A stretch of DNA of 60,667 nucleotides from Chiloscyllium plagiosum (taxonomy: Eukaryota): NCBI RefSeq assembly GCF_004010195.1, contig NC_057720.1, positions 27,240,575 to 27,301,241 of the forward strand. The letters run 5' to 3'. The position numbers were made by a program, and so were the translations under genes. Every line of letters starts with the position of its first letter. The stretch's first letter is position 1. Under the pieces are notes generated by a model that was given only the letters and a program-made list of their open reading frames with translations, searched no databases and was not told where the DNA came from. Below are positions 49,117-60,667 of the stretch, in pieces.

Positions 49117-50490
49117 AAGACCATAAAATATAGGAGCAGAAGTAGGTCATCGGGCCCAGCGAGTCTGCTCCACCATTCGGTTATGGCTGATATGTTTCTC
49201 AGCTCTTGCCTTCTCCCTGTAACCTTTGATCTCTTTATTAAGCAAGAGCCTATCTATATCTCTCTTAAATATGCTCAATGACCTGGCTTCCAGACCCTGT
49301 TCTGACAATGAATTTTACTTTCTGGTTGAAGAAATTCCTCCTCATCTCAGTTCTAAAGATCATCCCTTCACTCTGAAGATGTGCCCTCGCATCCGATTCT
49401 GTCCCACTAGTGGAAACATCTTCTCTACCTCCGCTCTATCCAGGCCTCTCAGTACTCTGCAAGTTTAAATCAGTTATCCCCTCATCCTTCAAACTCCCAT
49501 CAAGTACAGACCCAGAGTCCTTAACCACTTTACTTATGACAGGCCCTTTAGCTCACAGATCATCCTTGTAAATGTTCTCTGGAACTCCTCCAATACTAGC
49601 ACATCATTATTTAGGGTCCAAAACTGCTCATAATGTTCCAAATGCAGTCTGACCAGAGTCTTTTACATTCTCAACAGTACATCCCTGCACTTGTGTTTTA
49701 GTCCTCTTGACACGAATACCAACATTTCATTTGCCTTCCTAATTGCCAACTGAGCCTGCATGTTAAGAGAATCCTGAATTAGGACTCCCAAGCTCCTTTG
49801 TACTTCAGATTTATGAAGCCTTTCCCCGTTTAGAAAATAGTCCACACCTCCAATCTTCCGACCAAAGTGCATAACTCACACTTTCTCACACTGTATTCCA
49901 TTTGCCATTTCTTTGTCCACTCTCCTAGCATGTTTGCAGCCTTTCCACTTCCTCAACCCTCCCTGTCCCTCCACCTATCTATATGTTATCTGCAAATTTA
50001 GCAAAATGGCCTCAGATCCTTTGTCGAATCTGAATAACAGGAATTGTTGTGGTCTCAAGAATGACCCCTGCGGAACTCCACTAATCTCCACTATTGCCAT
50101 CCTGAAAAAGACCCCTTTATCCCCAACTTTCTACCTTCTGCCAGGCAGCCAATGCCCTATTCATACCAGTATCTTGCCCCTAACACCATGAGTTCTTACC
50201 TTATTTAGTAGCATCCTATATGGCACCTTGTCAAATGCCTTCCGGGAGTCTAGATCCCATCCACAGGCACTTGTTTGTTACCTCAGTTTTTCTGCCATAT
50301 TTTTGTTCCCCATTGCTACTACTCCAGCCTCGTTTTCCAGTGGTCCATTCTTGCCTCTCTCACATCTTTTATATATTGAAAAGAACTTGCAATTTTTTTA
50401 TATTACTAGCTGGTTTATCCTCATATTTTACCTTCTCTCCCATATTGTTTTCTTTTGGTTGTCCTCTGCTAGTTTTTAAAGTTTCTTCTT
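49117..50490 (-). mobile_element. CR1 LINE fragments
   Basis: MHFGRKIGGVDYFLNGERLHKSEVQRSLGVLIQDSL..QLAIRKANEML; antisense GVPQGS. Confidence 0.85.
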
Positions 50491-50522
50491 ACATGGCTGG
50501 ATGTCATAATACTCCTGGTTTT

Positions 50523-51015
50523 AGAGTCATGGGGTCATAGAGATGTACAGCACGGAAACAGACCCTTCGATCCAACTTGTTCATGCTGACCAGATATTCT
50601 GAATTAATCTAGTACTATTTGCCAGCACTTTGCCCATAACCATCTAAACCCTTCCTATTCGTATATCCATCCAGATGCCTTTCAAATGTCAGAATTGTAC
50701 CAGCCTCCCCCACTTCCTTTGGTAGCTCATTCCATACACACACCACCATTTGCATGAAAAAGATGCCCCTTAGGTCCCTTGTAAATCCTTCCCCTCTCAC
50801 CCTAAACCTATGCCCTCTAGTTCTGGACACCCCCACCCCAGGGAAAAGACTTTGTCTATTTACCCTATCCATGTCCCTCATGATTTTATAAACCTCTCTA
50901 AGGTTGCCCCTCAGCCTCGATGCTCTGGTAAAACCACCCCACCCTGTTCAGCCTCTCCCTATAGCTCAAACCCTCCAACCCTGGCAACATGCTTGTAAAT
51001 CTTTTCTGAACCCTT
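50523..51015 (-). mobile_element. CR1 (HER1-like) 3' fragment
   Basis: MRDMDRVNRQSLFPGVGVSRTRGHRFRVRGE..VWNELPKEV. Confidence 0.92.
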
Positions 51016-51374
51016 GTGGGACTTGCGTAGACGTTGTTGAGATTTACCTTTCAGACCCTCACAAATGAATAGCCTCTAGTTTCTCCACATTTTATGCGAG
51101 CTGGAGTTTTTAGTTCCTAATCCTAGTCACCATGCAACTATGCCTCTGTAATGCCCATTTAAAAAACAAATTACCTTTATTTGTGCATCTAACGTGTTTA
51201 TTTTGTGACAGATGGTTCATGAAAATAGATAACTGCCTTTAATTTTAATTTTTTTGTTGTTGATTCTACCTGATCCTCTTGAGCTTTTTGTCTCTTCCTT
51301 TGCTTAACTCTGCATTGACTCTGCCTTGAGTTTTCTCCTTCTACATATTGGATTTGATTTATTATTATCATGTA

Positions 51375-51584
51375 CAGTTGGTTCTGCTATAATGTGCATT
51401 TCTTCAACACAAATTAGTTACACCATGGTTGAAGAATTCAGACCATTATTCGTAGATTGTGAACTTTCCTTACCTGCTATAACGCAATTCTGCTTTCATT
51501 GATTTAAATTCTGCTATTATGCAATTTTCTCATAATGTGGGATTGCACAGGAACAGAACTATTGCATTATATCAGAATAGACTG
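51375..51584. mobile_element. Tigger-like MITE (210 bp) inserted in a LINE 3' end
   Basis: TA|CAGTTGGTTCTGCTATAATG ... CATTATATCAGAATAGACTG|TA. Confidence 0.75.
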
Positions 51585-52199
51585 TACTGAGGTACTTCGA
51601 AAAGTATTGTATTGCATGCTAACCGGACAGATCATCTCTTACACAGTTACATCAGGGTAATAAAACGGAATGCAGGATGTAATGTTACAGCTACAAAGAA
51701 GGTGCAGAGAAAGATCAACTCTAATATCTGAAACATCCGTTCATAAGTCTGATAACAGCGAGAAAGAAGCTGTTCTTAAATGTGCATGTATCTAATATAA
51801 ATTACCAATCATGCAAACCTTTCCCAAGCTTCCACCCTCTCATCACTACAGTCTCTCATTCTTTAATCCCTCTCTAAACCAAAACCTTTTCCACAAAGGT
51901 TATGGTCGCCTTCGTCTGATCGCATTTTGGCTAGATTCCATTTTCTTGCATTCCTGTGTCCTGACAATCTTCTGCAATGTAACAGTGCGCTCTGTATGTG
52001 TCACTTGCTATTTGAGTGAACAGAGAATATGTGGTGCAAGGCATGTTACAAGTTAAGTAATCTGCTTTCTGAAGAGTTGATTGTTTGAAGAGCTGGACCA
52101 GGAATCTGTAAACTGGCATTATTTGAACAATCATCAATAGGCAATTAAATGCCAGCTAACTTCTGATTAATGTTACTTGAAATTTGTGGCTTAAGTTAA

Positions 52200-52515
52200 T
52201 GTCTGAACTGTGCAATTAACAACGTTCTTGCCTCTGAATCATTAGTTTCTGTGTTTTTATCCTACTGCAAGGCAGAAAACAGGCTGATATTCTATTACAG
52301 TACTAAGGGAACAGCGCACTGCACTGTTGGAGATGCTGAATCTTAAATGAGATGTTAAGCATTCTACTCATATTGATGTAAAATATCTCAGGGCACTATT
52401 TTAAAGAAGAGCAGAGGAGACATATATGGTGCCCTGGCTAAAGTTTACACCTAAATTACCATCTCAGAAATAAACCTGGTCATTATCATATTGCTAATAG
52501 AGGGAGCTTGCTGTT
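52200..52515 (+). mobile_element. Deu-domain SINE (SacSINE1/AmnSINE1-related), decayed
   Basis: CAGTACTAAGGGA..CTGCACTGTTGGAGATGC..ATGAGATGTTAA..GATGTAAAATATCTCAGGGCACTATTTTAAAGAAGAGCAG resembles the Deu core. Confidence 0.6.
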
Positions 52516-54135
52516 CTTTTTTCTGTCTCTCTCTCTTGCTTTCTTTGTCTCACTCCACAATGAGAGAAGAAAACAATAGTGAATAGAAAGCATAATGAGC
52601 AAAGATGTTATATGCTTACAAAGATTAGCAATTTTTTGTTCTTGTTTCTATTGATTTGCATCATGAATTGGAGATTAAATTGTTTCCTTTTCCTTTCTGA
52701 AATTGTGGCCTGTGAATTCATAAAAATTATGGATTACCAAAAAACTATAAATTTGTCTTATTAATATCTTTTTTGTGTGATTGACACAAATTTGGGTGAT
52801 AGACAGTTTACAATGGTCAAATTAGTTTTTTCTTCCCATTCTAATTCTGATCTCCTACAATAAAACATGTTCTCTCTCCTTTGGGTTGGTTGCTTTGTGA
52901 GTTTTTAGATTAGTTGCTGTTACAAATGGCATTTCATTTACTTGATACAACAAAGCTCCAACTGTCCTTCTGTCACTGCTGCAAATGAAGTAAGTTTATG
53001 AATGGAAACTCTAGGAATAAATCGGCAACAAGAGACATGTTCCATCTGTTAATAGAATCATGGGAACCAGATTTTTTTCTGCACACAACATGCCCAGGAT
53101 TTATGGCTTTTTAAAAAATCTTGACTGCAAACTGAGAGCAGCACACCACTCATGTGAATTTTGTTGCATTTTGATGTTTTCCGTTTTCAAACTAGCAGTG
53201 CCAAGTTTTACCAGCTCACAGATGCTTTTTACTATGGCAGCATTTTTAAAGTGAACGTTAGTTTGTTTTCTTATCTGGACTATGGATATATGGCAGTTTA
53301 ATTTTTGTGCTCATGACGGACATTGGTGCTAACCCACCCAGACCCATTCCCCTACCCTACCATCCTACTAATGCAGCTAACCTACACCCAATGATGTCTT
53401 GGAGGAATGCAGCAAGAATCAACTCTGACTCTCTGGAAGGTTTGATTGCACAGAGGAATAAGAAAGAGAAGAAATTCAGTGATCAAAGGAAATTTGTAGC
53501 GAGTGCTCTAAGCAGGCATTCTATTACCATAAACCTGATTCCTAATTGGTATGTTGCCAATCTGATGGCAGAGCAAAGCAAATGACCAGTTCAGGACTGA
53601 AGGAAAGTGGAACAGCTAAAAAAGCTCTTCATTATTTTACCAAACATGATTTCCCTCTTGTAAAACCAGACTGACTGCTGTTACTGCTGAAATTCTTGTA
53701 GAAACTGATAACTCTTAAAGCAAGATATGAATTCCCAATTGACCGTCTCAAATGATCTCATCAATTTTCACACCTAGTGGTACATGAGACAGTTAAAGCA
53801 CTTGTTTATATTTGTCTTCACCATATAGTTTTCCCAGATCAGTTGCTAACCTATCATCAGATTCTACAGCTTGAAGGCTTCTATTGAGCATAGTTGATCA
53901 GGAGACTGTCCTGCTCTTAATATCTGCTATGGGTATATTAGAAGGATTTATAGATTGAAAATCATGTTGTTTGGTCATGTTATAAATGCAAATTCAATGA
54001 CCATCAAGTCCTGGAGTGGGACTCATACTTAGAGCTTTTGGCACAGAGGGAAGGACATTACCACTATGCCAGAAACTTACACATTATAAGACTGTTACTA
54101 CAACAAATTGAAATCAGTGTTGACTGAACTTTGTA

Positions 54136-55497
54136 TAGTATTGCTGAAAAAGTCACATTTTGTCAAAGCTTTTTGTCTTGCACTCATCAAGACAAATCAC
54201 AAGCAATACCAATGCAAAGGGAAAACTTTAACACAAATAGTGAAAGAAGTGCTAATTGATTGGCAACTGAACTCTTGATTGGGAGAGGTTTTGCAATTGA
54301 GAATGCTGAATATTCTGAAGTGTGCTTACAACTAATTTAGGATTGTCGGTGGAACTTGCAGTGTGGTGTAGTATGGAAAGCTACATATATTCACACAGGG
54401 CCCAGTTCTTTGCAGTGGAGTGCCACAAGGCTCGGTGCTGGGTCCTCTACTTTTTGTCGTTTACATAAATTATTTGGATGCAAGCATAAGAGGTACAGTT
54501 AGTAAGTTTGCAGATGACACCAAAATTGGAGGTGTAGTGGACAGCGAAGAGGGTTACCTCAGATTACAACAGGATCTGGACCAGATGGTACAGGAGTTGG
54601 GAGGTCATGTTGCGGCTGTACAGGACATTGGTTAGGCCACTGTTGGAATATTGCGTGCAATTCTGGTCTCCTTCCTATCGGAAAGATGTTGTGAAACTTG
54701 AAAGGGTTCAGAAAAGATATACAAGAACTTTGCCAGGGTTGGAGGATTTGAGCTAAAGGGAGAGGCTGAACAGGCTGGGGCTGTTTTGCCTGGAGTGTCA
54801 GAGGCTGAGGGGTGACCTTATAGAAGTTTACAACATTATGAGAGCATGGATAGGATAAATAGACAAAGTCTTTTCCCTGGGATCAGGGAGTCCAGAACTA
54901 GAGTGCATAGGTTTAGGATGAGAGGGGAAAGATATAAAAGAGACCTAAGGGGCAACTTTTCATGTAGAGGGTGGTATGTGTATGGAATGAGCTGCCAGAG
55001 GATGTGGTGGAGGCTGGTACAATTGCAACATTTAAGAGGCATTTGGATGGGTATATGAATAGGAAGGGTTTGGAGGGATATGGGCCGAGTGCTGGCAGGT
55101 GGGACGAGATTAGGTTGGGATATCTGGTTGGCATGGAAAGGTTGGACCAAAGGGTCTGTTTCCATGCTGTACATTTCTATGACTCTATGACTGTATGACA
55201 AAAGAAACGTACATACATTGCACCAGTTTTAACTCAATAAAACAGATGATTTCATTTTACAGTGCAATGCCTTGAAATCAATTTACCTGGTTCAAATGTT
55301 TAAACAAAGCTTGACAATTAACTGTCATTCCTCATCTCACTGATGCATTCTCTGATAGCGTGCATTCTCATTCATGTTGCATAAATATTATTTTCCTTTT
55401 GCATTGGTGTTTCTTGCGAATTGTTTTGATGAATGCATGAAGGCAAACATCAATAAAATGTGTCACTTGTTTTTCAGCAATACTCAAGTTTTGTACT
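54136..55497. mobile_element. Two inverted old PLE termini (about 54136-54310 minus; about 55260-55497 plus) bracketing a CR1
   Basis: AGTATTGCTGAAAAA / TTTTTCAGCAATACT and ATACCAATGCAAAGGGAAAA / TTTTCCTTTTGCATTGGTGT are reverse complements. Degenerate hammerhead TGTC-TTGATGA-GTGCAAGAC-AAAAAGCTTT-GACA on the minus strand. Confidence 0.5.
54414..55198 (+). mobile_element. CR1 (HER1-like) LINE, RT core plus 3' end with an internal deletion
   Basis: VPQGSVLGPLLFVVYINYLD..SKFADDTKIGGVVDSEEGYLRLQQDLDQM; VWNELPEDVVEAGTIATFKRHLDGYM; tail CTATGACTCTATGACT. Confidence 0.95.
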
Positions 55498-55742
55498 GAG
55501 TGATTGCTTGGTAGACAACCAGTAGTTTAGACAACCAACATTTAATTTCTTAACATAAAGGAAAATCCCAATCCATGCTAGATATTATACTGCACTTTTC
55601 ATAGGCATGTAGTCTTAAATTTAAATTTTAACTCTTTCTGATGATTCAATGGGATCCCTTCTCCCTACTTCATCACTATGAATCCACCACTCCAAAATTA
55701 AACCCCAGTGCTTGATTTGCTTTTTCTCATGACTTTGGTGTT

Positions 55743-56050
55743 TCATAGAGTTATACAACGTAGGAAACAGACCCTTCAGCCCAACTTGTCCACACTGACT
55801 GGATATCCTAACCTAACTGGTCCCATTTGCCAGTATTTGGCCCATATCTTTCAGGACCTTCTTATGCATGTACCCATCCAGATCCCTTTTAAATGTTGTA
55901 TTTGTACCCATCTCCACTACTTCCTCTGGCAGCTCATTCCATACACACACAACACTCTGCATGATAATGATTCCCCTCAGGGCCCTTTTAAACTTTTCCC
56001 CCCTCATCTTAAACCTATGTACTTTGGTTTTGGACTCCTGTATCCTGAGA
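55743..56050 (-). mobile_element. CR1 3' fragment
   Basis: HRFKMRGEKFKRALRG..VWNELPEEVVE. Confidence 0.88.
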
Positions 56051-56419
56051 AATCCTTTCACTCAATCTTTGATGCACAATTGAATGGACTCCCGGTTGTA
56101 AGGTTCCACCTGGTGATTCTGTAGTTTATAACTTATAGTTTCACTTGTTGGCTAACCTTTCTAATCTGCTTGGCATAGAAATGATCTGTGGTGGATCTAC
56201 GTTCCCTAGAACATTTGCTTTGATTAACTTTGAGTGTCTGTAAATAAGATCCAGCAAGACCTGCTGCCTTTTCATTTGTGCCCAAGTGCTTTTGCACCTG
56301 ATTTTGAATAAGCCTCAATTTGTGTTTCGACTACAAAATCAGTAGGTCACATGGGTTTTGTCTATAAGTATAATTGGTACATTTCACATCACCTCCCCTA
56401 TTCTCGAGGTTCTCCTAAA

Positions 56420-58460
56420 ACCGTATCAAGAACGTTTGGACCACACTTTTGTGTACTATGTGCAGTTCAAGTTGCTATAACATGAAATGGACGTAATGGC
56501 ACGGACTGGAGAGAATGTAGAAAAAGTTGAAAAGGTTGTCACGAGAAATGCAAGTGTATACATCTCAAAACAGGTGAGCAGCTGGGATATTCACTTCTGA
56601 AAAAGGGAGATGGAAAGTAATCCACAAAATTCTGCCATGTTTTGTTGGAATGGATACAAAGAGAATGTGTTGCCATTTGTGGGGAAGAGCATTACTAAGG
56701 ACAATTGCTATGAAATAGTCAAGAAACCCAGTTAGAAATTCAGAAGAATTTTCCTTCCCCAATGAATAGTGGAAGTATTTAGTAGAGAATAAAGGGTTAT
56801 GCTTTAGTTGTAGGAAAATAAGAGTAGGCACATGAAGTATAACTAGCAGCATTGAAAGATTGGGTTGATTCCATGCTATATATCATATTTAATCATTATT
56901 GGGCACCAAATAAAATTACATTTAGAAAGGCATGGTTTAATTAAGGAGAATTAACATAGATCTGTTGAAAGTCAAATCCTGTCTGACTAACAAGGAAAAG
57001 TTAATCAAAGCAGTGCAGTAACAGTTGCATATATGGACTTCAAAGTATTCAGACGTTGCCACATGAGAAGCTGCGATGGAAGTCCATACAGCTAGGGGGC
57101 AAGTGACTGTCTGGCTATAGAATTGGTTTAATGACTAGAAACAGATGGTGGTGTCAGATAGATGTTTTTCAGGCGAGGAGTGACTTGCAATGGTGTTATT
57201 CAGTTGTGTGTTCATCATCCTGTTTCCATATTGTGGGGATTCTATGATTCTTTCACTTTTTACCAACAACCTAGACTTGTGTAAAAGAAACAGAAAATGC
57301 TGAAAATACTCAGTAGCTCAGGTAGCATCTGTGAAGAGAAAATCATTTAACATTTCAGGTTGATGATATTTCACATAAACTGAATTTGGGTGTTGGAAGC
57401 AGATATAAAATTAGCAACAGATTGCGTGGGTTAAGGATAACTGTAGACATCAGGTTGATTCAAATAGGATGGTGAAAGGTAAAATCAGCAAAGAACTGTA
57501 GATGCTGGAAATCTGAAATAAGCAGAGAAAATGCTGGATAAACTCAGCAGGAATAACAGCATCTGTGGAGAGAGAAACAGATATATTTTGAGTCTTGTGT
57601 GATTTTTCTTCAGAACTAAAGTAATTTAAAGATAGGTGAGGGAGGCCTCTTGTCATTTCTGTATTTTGGAGGTTGAATTATTTGATTGCTTATATATCAT
57701 GAGTTAAGGAGGATTTGTAAGGAATTGTAATGATGGCACTACTATGGAAGAGTGAGACTTCGGTTACGTGACAGCAATACAGAAATTGTAGTATTTTCTT
57801 TAAATTTAGATAAAATAAAGGAGATACTTTGTTCTGAAGAAGAGCCGTAATGGACTTAAAATGTTAACTTTGTTTCTCTCTCTACAGATGATGCCAAATG
57901 AAAAAAAAAGCACTGACAGATGGAGTTCAAATCAGAGAAGTGTGAAGTAATGCAATTTGAGAGGACAAATATAGAAAGCCAGTATGCTATAAATAGCATG
58001 ATTTAAAAAAAAGTTTAGATAACCAGACAGACCTCAGTGTCTACAGACACAAATTCTTGGAGGTAGCAAAGCAAGTGAGACAGCAATTAATATGGGGTTC
58101 AAAATCAATATATCAAATATAAAGCAAAGAGAAAATTTTAAGAACTTTATAAATCACTGGTAAGGTTTAATTTGGCATATGGCGCGCAGTTCTGGGTGCC
58201 ATACTTGAGAGGTGATATATGATTTAAATGTTTACCATCAACAAGGGACCTGTAGTTGTAAGGAGAGGGTAGAGAAGTCAGGACTATTCTTCTTGAAACA
58301 GAAAATATTTAAGAGGCTGACTGATAGGAGTTCAAGAAAATCATAATGCATTTGATACCATAGATAGAGTAAATCTATTCCATCGAGCAAATAGCAGATA
58401 CCTGGAGGTTATAGACTTGAAATCATTGGCAAATCATCTAGAAGGGAAATGATACATTTT
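56420..58460 (+). mobile_element. Old CR1 fragments with interspersed old PLE termini (about 57283-57380, 57480-57620, 57830-57900)
   Basis: Decayed YMDFK, WQMEF..EKCEVMQF and QFW.PYL motifs. PLE pieces GATGCTGGAAATCTGAAATAA..CAGCATCTGTGGAGAGAGAAACAG and an inverted partner. Confidence 0.6.
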
Positions 58461-58814
58461 GAATTCCATGTTGTTGGGGTGAGCTTGCAGTTTCTTTTCC
58501 ATTTTAATTGTCCTTCAGTTAATTTCATGTTCCTATTCTGTTTCCCTTTTCAAATAATTACTTCACTGTAGCATTAAACAGCATCCTCCATCCGTCCATT
58601 CCACTAAGTTCAGCACCTTGAAGTCTTCTACAGCATTGTTGGCCAACAGTCCTGCTGCTGCTGCTGAAAAGCATAGCTTAACCCATAAATGTTTCTTGTT
58701 CTTCAATAAAGAGTAGTAAAGGCCCTGGTGAAGAATTGCCCACAGGTTCAATCATAACCTTTCCAGAATCACCGGGGAGCTGTGTAAAAACATTTTTATC
58801 AAATTTAAATTTTG

Positions 58815-59617
58815 GTCAGTGCATTGAGTGTAGGGGTTGGGAGGTCATGTTGCGACTATATAGGACATTGCTTAGACCACTGTTTGAATACTGCATGCAA
58901 TTCTAGTCTCCCTGCTATAGGAAGGATGTTGTGAAACTTGAAAGGGCTTTGAAAAGATTTACAAGGATGTTGCCAGGTTTGGATAGAAAGGGGTTATTTT
59001 CCCTTGAGTGTCAGAGGCTGAGGGATGACCTTACAGAAGTTTATAAAATCATGAGGGGCATGGATAGGGTAAATAGACAAGGTCTGTTCCCCGGGGGAGT
59101 CCAAAACTTAGAGGGGATAGGTTTAAAATGAGGGGAAAGATTTGAAAAGGTTCTAAGGAGCAACTTTTTCACACAAAGGGTGGTGAGTGTATGGGATGAG
59201 CTGCCAGAGGAAGTAGTGGAGGCTGGTACAGTTACGACATTTAGAAGGCATTTGGATGAGTACATGAATAGGAAGAGTTTAGAGGGATATGGGCTGAAAA
59301 TGTGTTGCTGGAAAAGCGCAGCAGGTCAGGCAGCATCCAGGGAACAGGAGAATCGATGTTTCGGGCATAAGCCCTTCTTCTTCCTTCCTGAAGAAGGGCT
59401 TATGCCCGAAACGTCGATTCTCCTGTTCCCTGGATGCTGCCTGACCTGCTGCGCTTTTCCAGCAACACATTTTCAGCTCTGATCTCCAGCATCTGCAGAC
59501 CTCACTTTCTCCTCCTTAGAGGGATATGGGCCAAATGCTGGCAAATGGGACTAGATCTATTTTGGATATCTGGTCAGCATGGACGCGTTGGGCCGAAGCA
59601 TCTGTTGCCATGTTGTA
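58815..59617 (+). mobile_element. CR1 (HER1-like) 3' fragment hosting later insertions
   Basis: KLERALKRFTRMLPGL..RLRDDLTEVYKIMRGMDRV; VWDELPEEVVEAGTVTTFRRHLDEYM. Confidence 0.92.
59295..59515. mobile_element. Palindromic mini-PLE with 16-bp TSD and intact hammerhead motif (59385-59420)
   Basis: TSD TTAGAGGGATATGGGC at 59279-59294 and 59516-59531. Arms of 88 bp (59293-59380 and 59390-59477) with 1 mismatch. Confidence 0.9.
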
Positions 59618-59708
59618 CAGGTTGTTCTGCTGTAGCATGCATTTGTTATTGCAAATTCGCTATAACATGATTGACAAATTGGGGACACTGTTTCTAAAGC
59701 ACAAACTA
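59618..59708. mobile_element. Tigger-like MITE left end, interrupted by L1
   Basis: TA|CAGGTTGTTCTGCTGTAGCATG, similar to the TIRs at 36039 and 51375. Confidence 0.65.
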
Positions 59709-60667
59709 TTTTTAATGATATTTTTATTAGAAATTTAACATTTTTACAAGTTTACAAAAATAAACAAAACTCTCAAATATAAACATTGATATACAATTAA
59801 ATCAAATATACAATAGCCAAAATTTAACAAAAGAAAAAAAAATACCAAAAAAGAAAACAAAACAAAACTCAACTATCTACTAATCTAACCTACAACTAAC
59901 CAGAGTGTATATTTAAGTCTCTTACATGCTCGGAATGTGTTAACATCAGATGTAATAAAACCCGTATGCGTGCAGGATTCCTCTCCTAAGGGACCAGCCA
60001 GGTTTGTAATCTCAATTAAATAAAAGCCCTTGTTAGGATAGCCGAAATATCTGTATTTATATAATTCAAGAAGGGCTGCCATATTTTATAAAATAATTCC
60101 GTCTTTCGGTGCACCATATTTGTAAGGAAGTCAAGGGGAATACATTCCATAAGTAGTCTGTGCCAATTTGAAAGTCCAAGGGGGCCCTCAGCCACCCAGT
60201 TCACCAAAATATTTTTCCTTGCACAGAAAGAAAGAATAGAAAATAGTCTCTTCCCGTACATGTCCAGGGAAGGAAAGTTCGAAAAGCCCAAAAGGAGAGA
60301 TACAGGGTCCACTTTAATTTACGTTCCTAAAATTTCTGTCAGGGTACTTGCTACTTTAATCCAATATCTACGGATCTTATGACAGGTCCATAAGCAATGT
60401 ACAAGAGTGCCCACCTCTATTTTGCATTTAGGACACATTGGAGATGCTCCTGCCTTAAATTTTGCCAATCGAACCGGTGCTATATGGGCCCTATGAAGTA
60501 TCTTCAGCTAGATAGCCTGGGTTCTGTTACAGATGGTAATTCTTCTAGCATTTTCCCAGATATCATTCCACGTGTCTGTGGAGATTTCTAGTCCCAGATC
60601 CTGAACCCATGTTTTAAGCAGATTATCCATATCTCCCGATACTTCATCATGTAATAAATGATAAATA
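59709..60667 (-). mobile_element. L1-clade LINE 3' end: ORF2 C-terminus (60016 to window edge) plus 3' UTR
   Basis: Minus-strand KTWVQDLGLEISTDTWNDIW...LKILHRAHIAPVRLAKF...MCPKCKIEVGTLVHCLWTCHKIRRYW (CCHC zinc knuckle)...FYKIWQPFLNYI. Two premature stops, no frameshift; AATAAA at about 59723-59728. Confidence 0.9.

Noticed and set aside
58563..58751. Short ORF or exon with a (GCT)n run
   Set aside because: No recognisable homology or convincing pair of splice sites.

Overview
This is eukaryotic, repeat-dense, AT-rich vertebrate DNA. Its repeats (HE1-type V-SINEs, HER1/CR1 LINEs, Deu-domain SINEs) point to an elasmobranch, probably a shark; this is inferred, not database-checked. I could not recognise any intact host gene or exon, so the window looks intronic or intergenic. 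Every ORF I could recognise is a decayed transposon fragment: CR1 RT, Penelope RT/GIY-YIG, L1 ORF2 C-terminus and Harbinger-type Myb/SANT. Other content includes many CR1/L2-clade LINE pieces, HE1 SINEs, Tigger/pogo-like TIR elements with TA target-site duplications (TSDs), a clean solo LTR, a 335-nt assembly gap and a relatively well-preserved L1 running off the right edge. The most striking feature is a set of Penelope-like element (PLE) insertions, most carrying minimal hammerhead ribozyme motifs (CTGANGA-stem II-GAAA-palindromic stem III). They form a size series (about 2.3 kb, 220, 210, 160, 160 and 47 bp), each bounded by a 10-17 bp TSD. Each consists of a direct arm ending at one fixed terminus and an inverted arm ending at a second fixed terminus. 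Also notable: the same CR1-to-HE1 SINE junction occurs twice, a perfect 19-bp hairpin lies in unique DNA, and one Tigger-like element carries a CpG-rich higher-order minisatellite. Family names come from recognising motifs by eye, and boundaries of old repeats are approximate.
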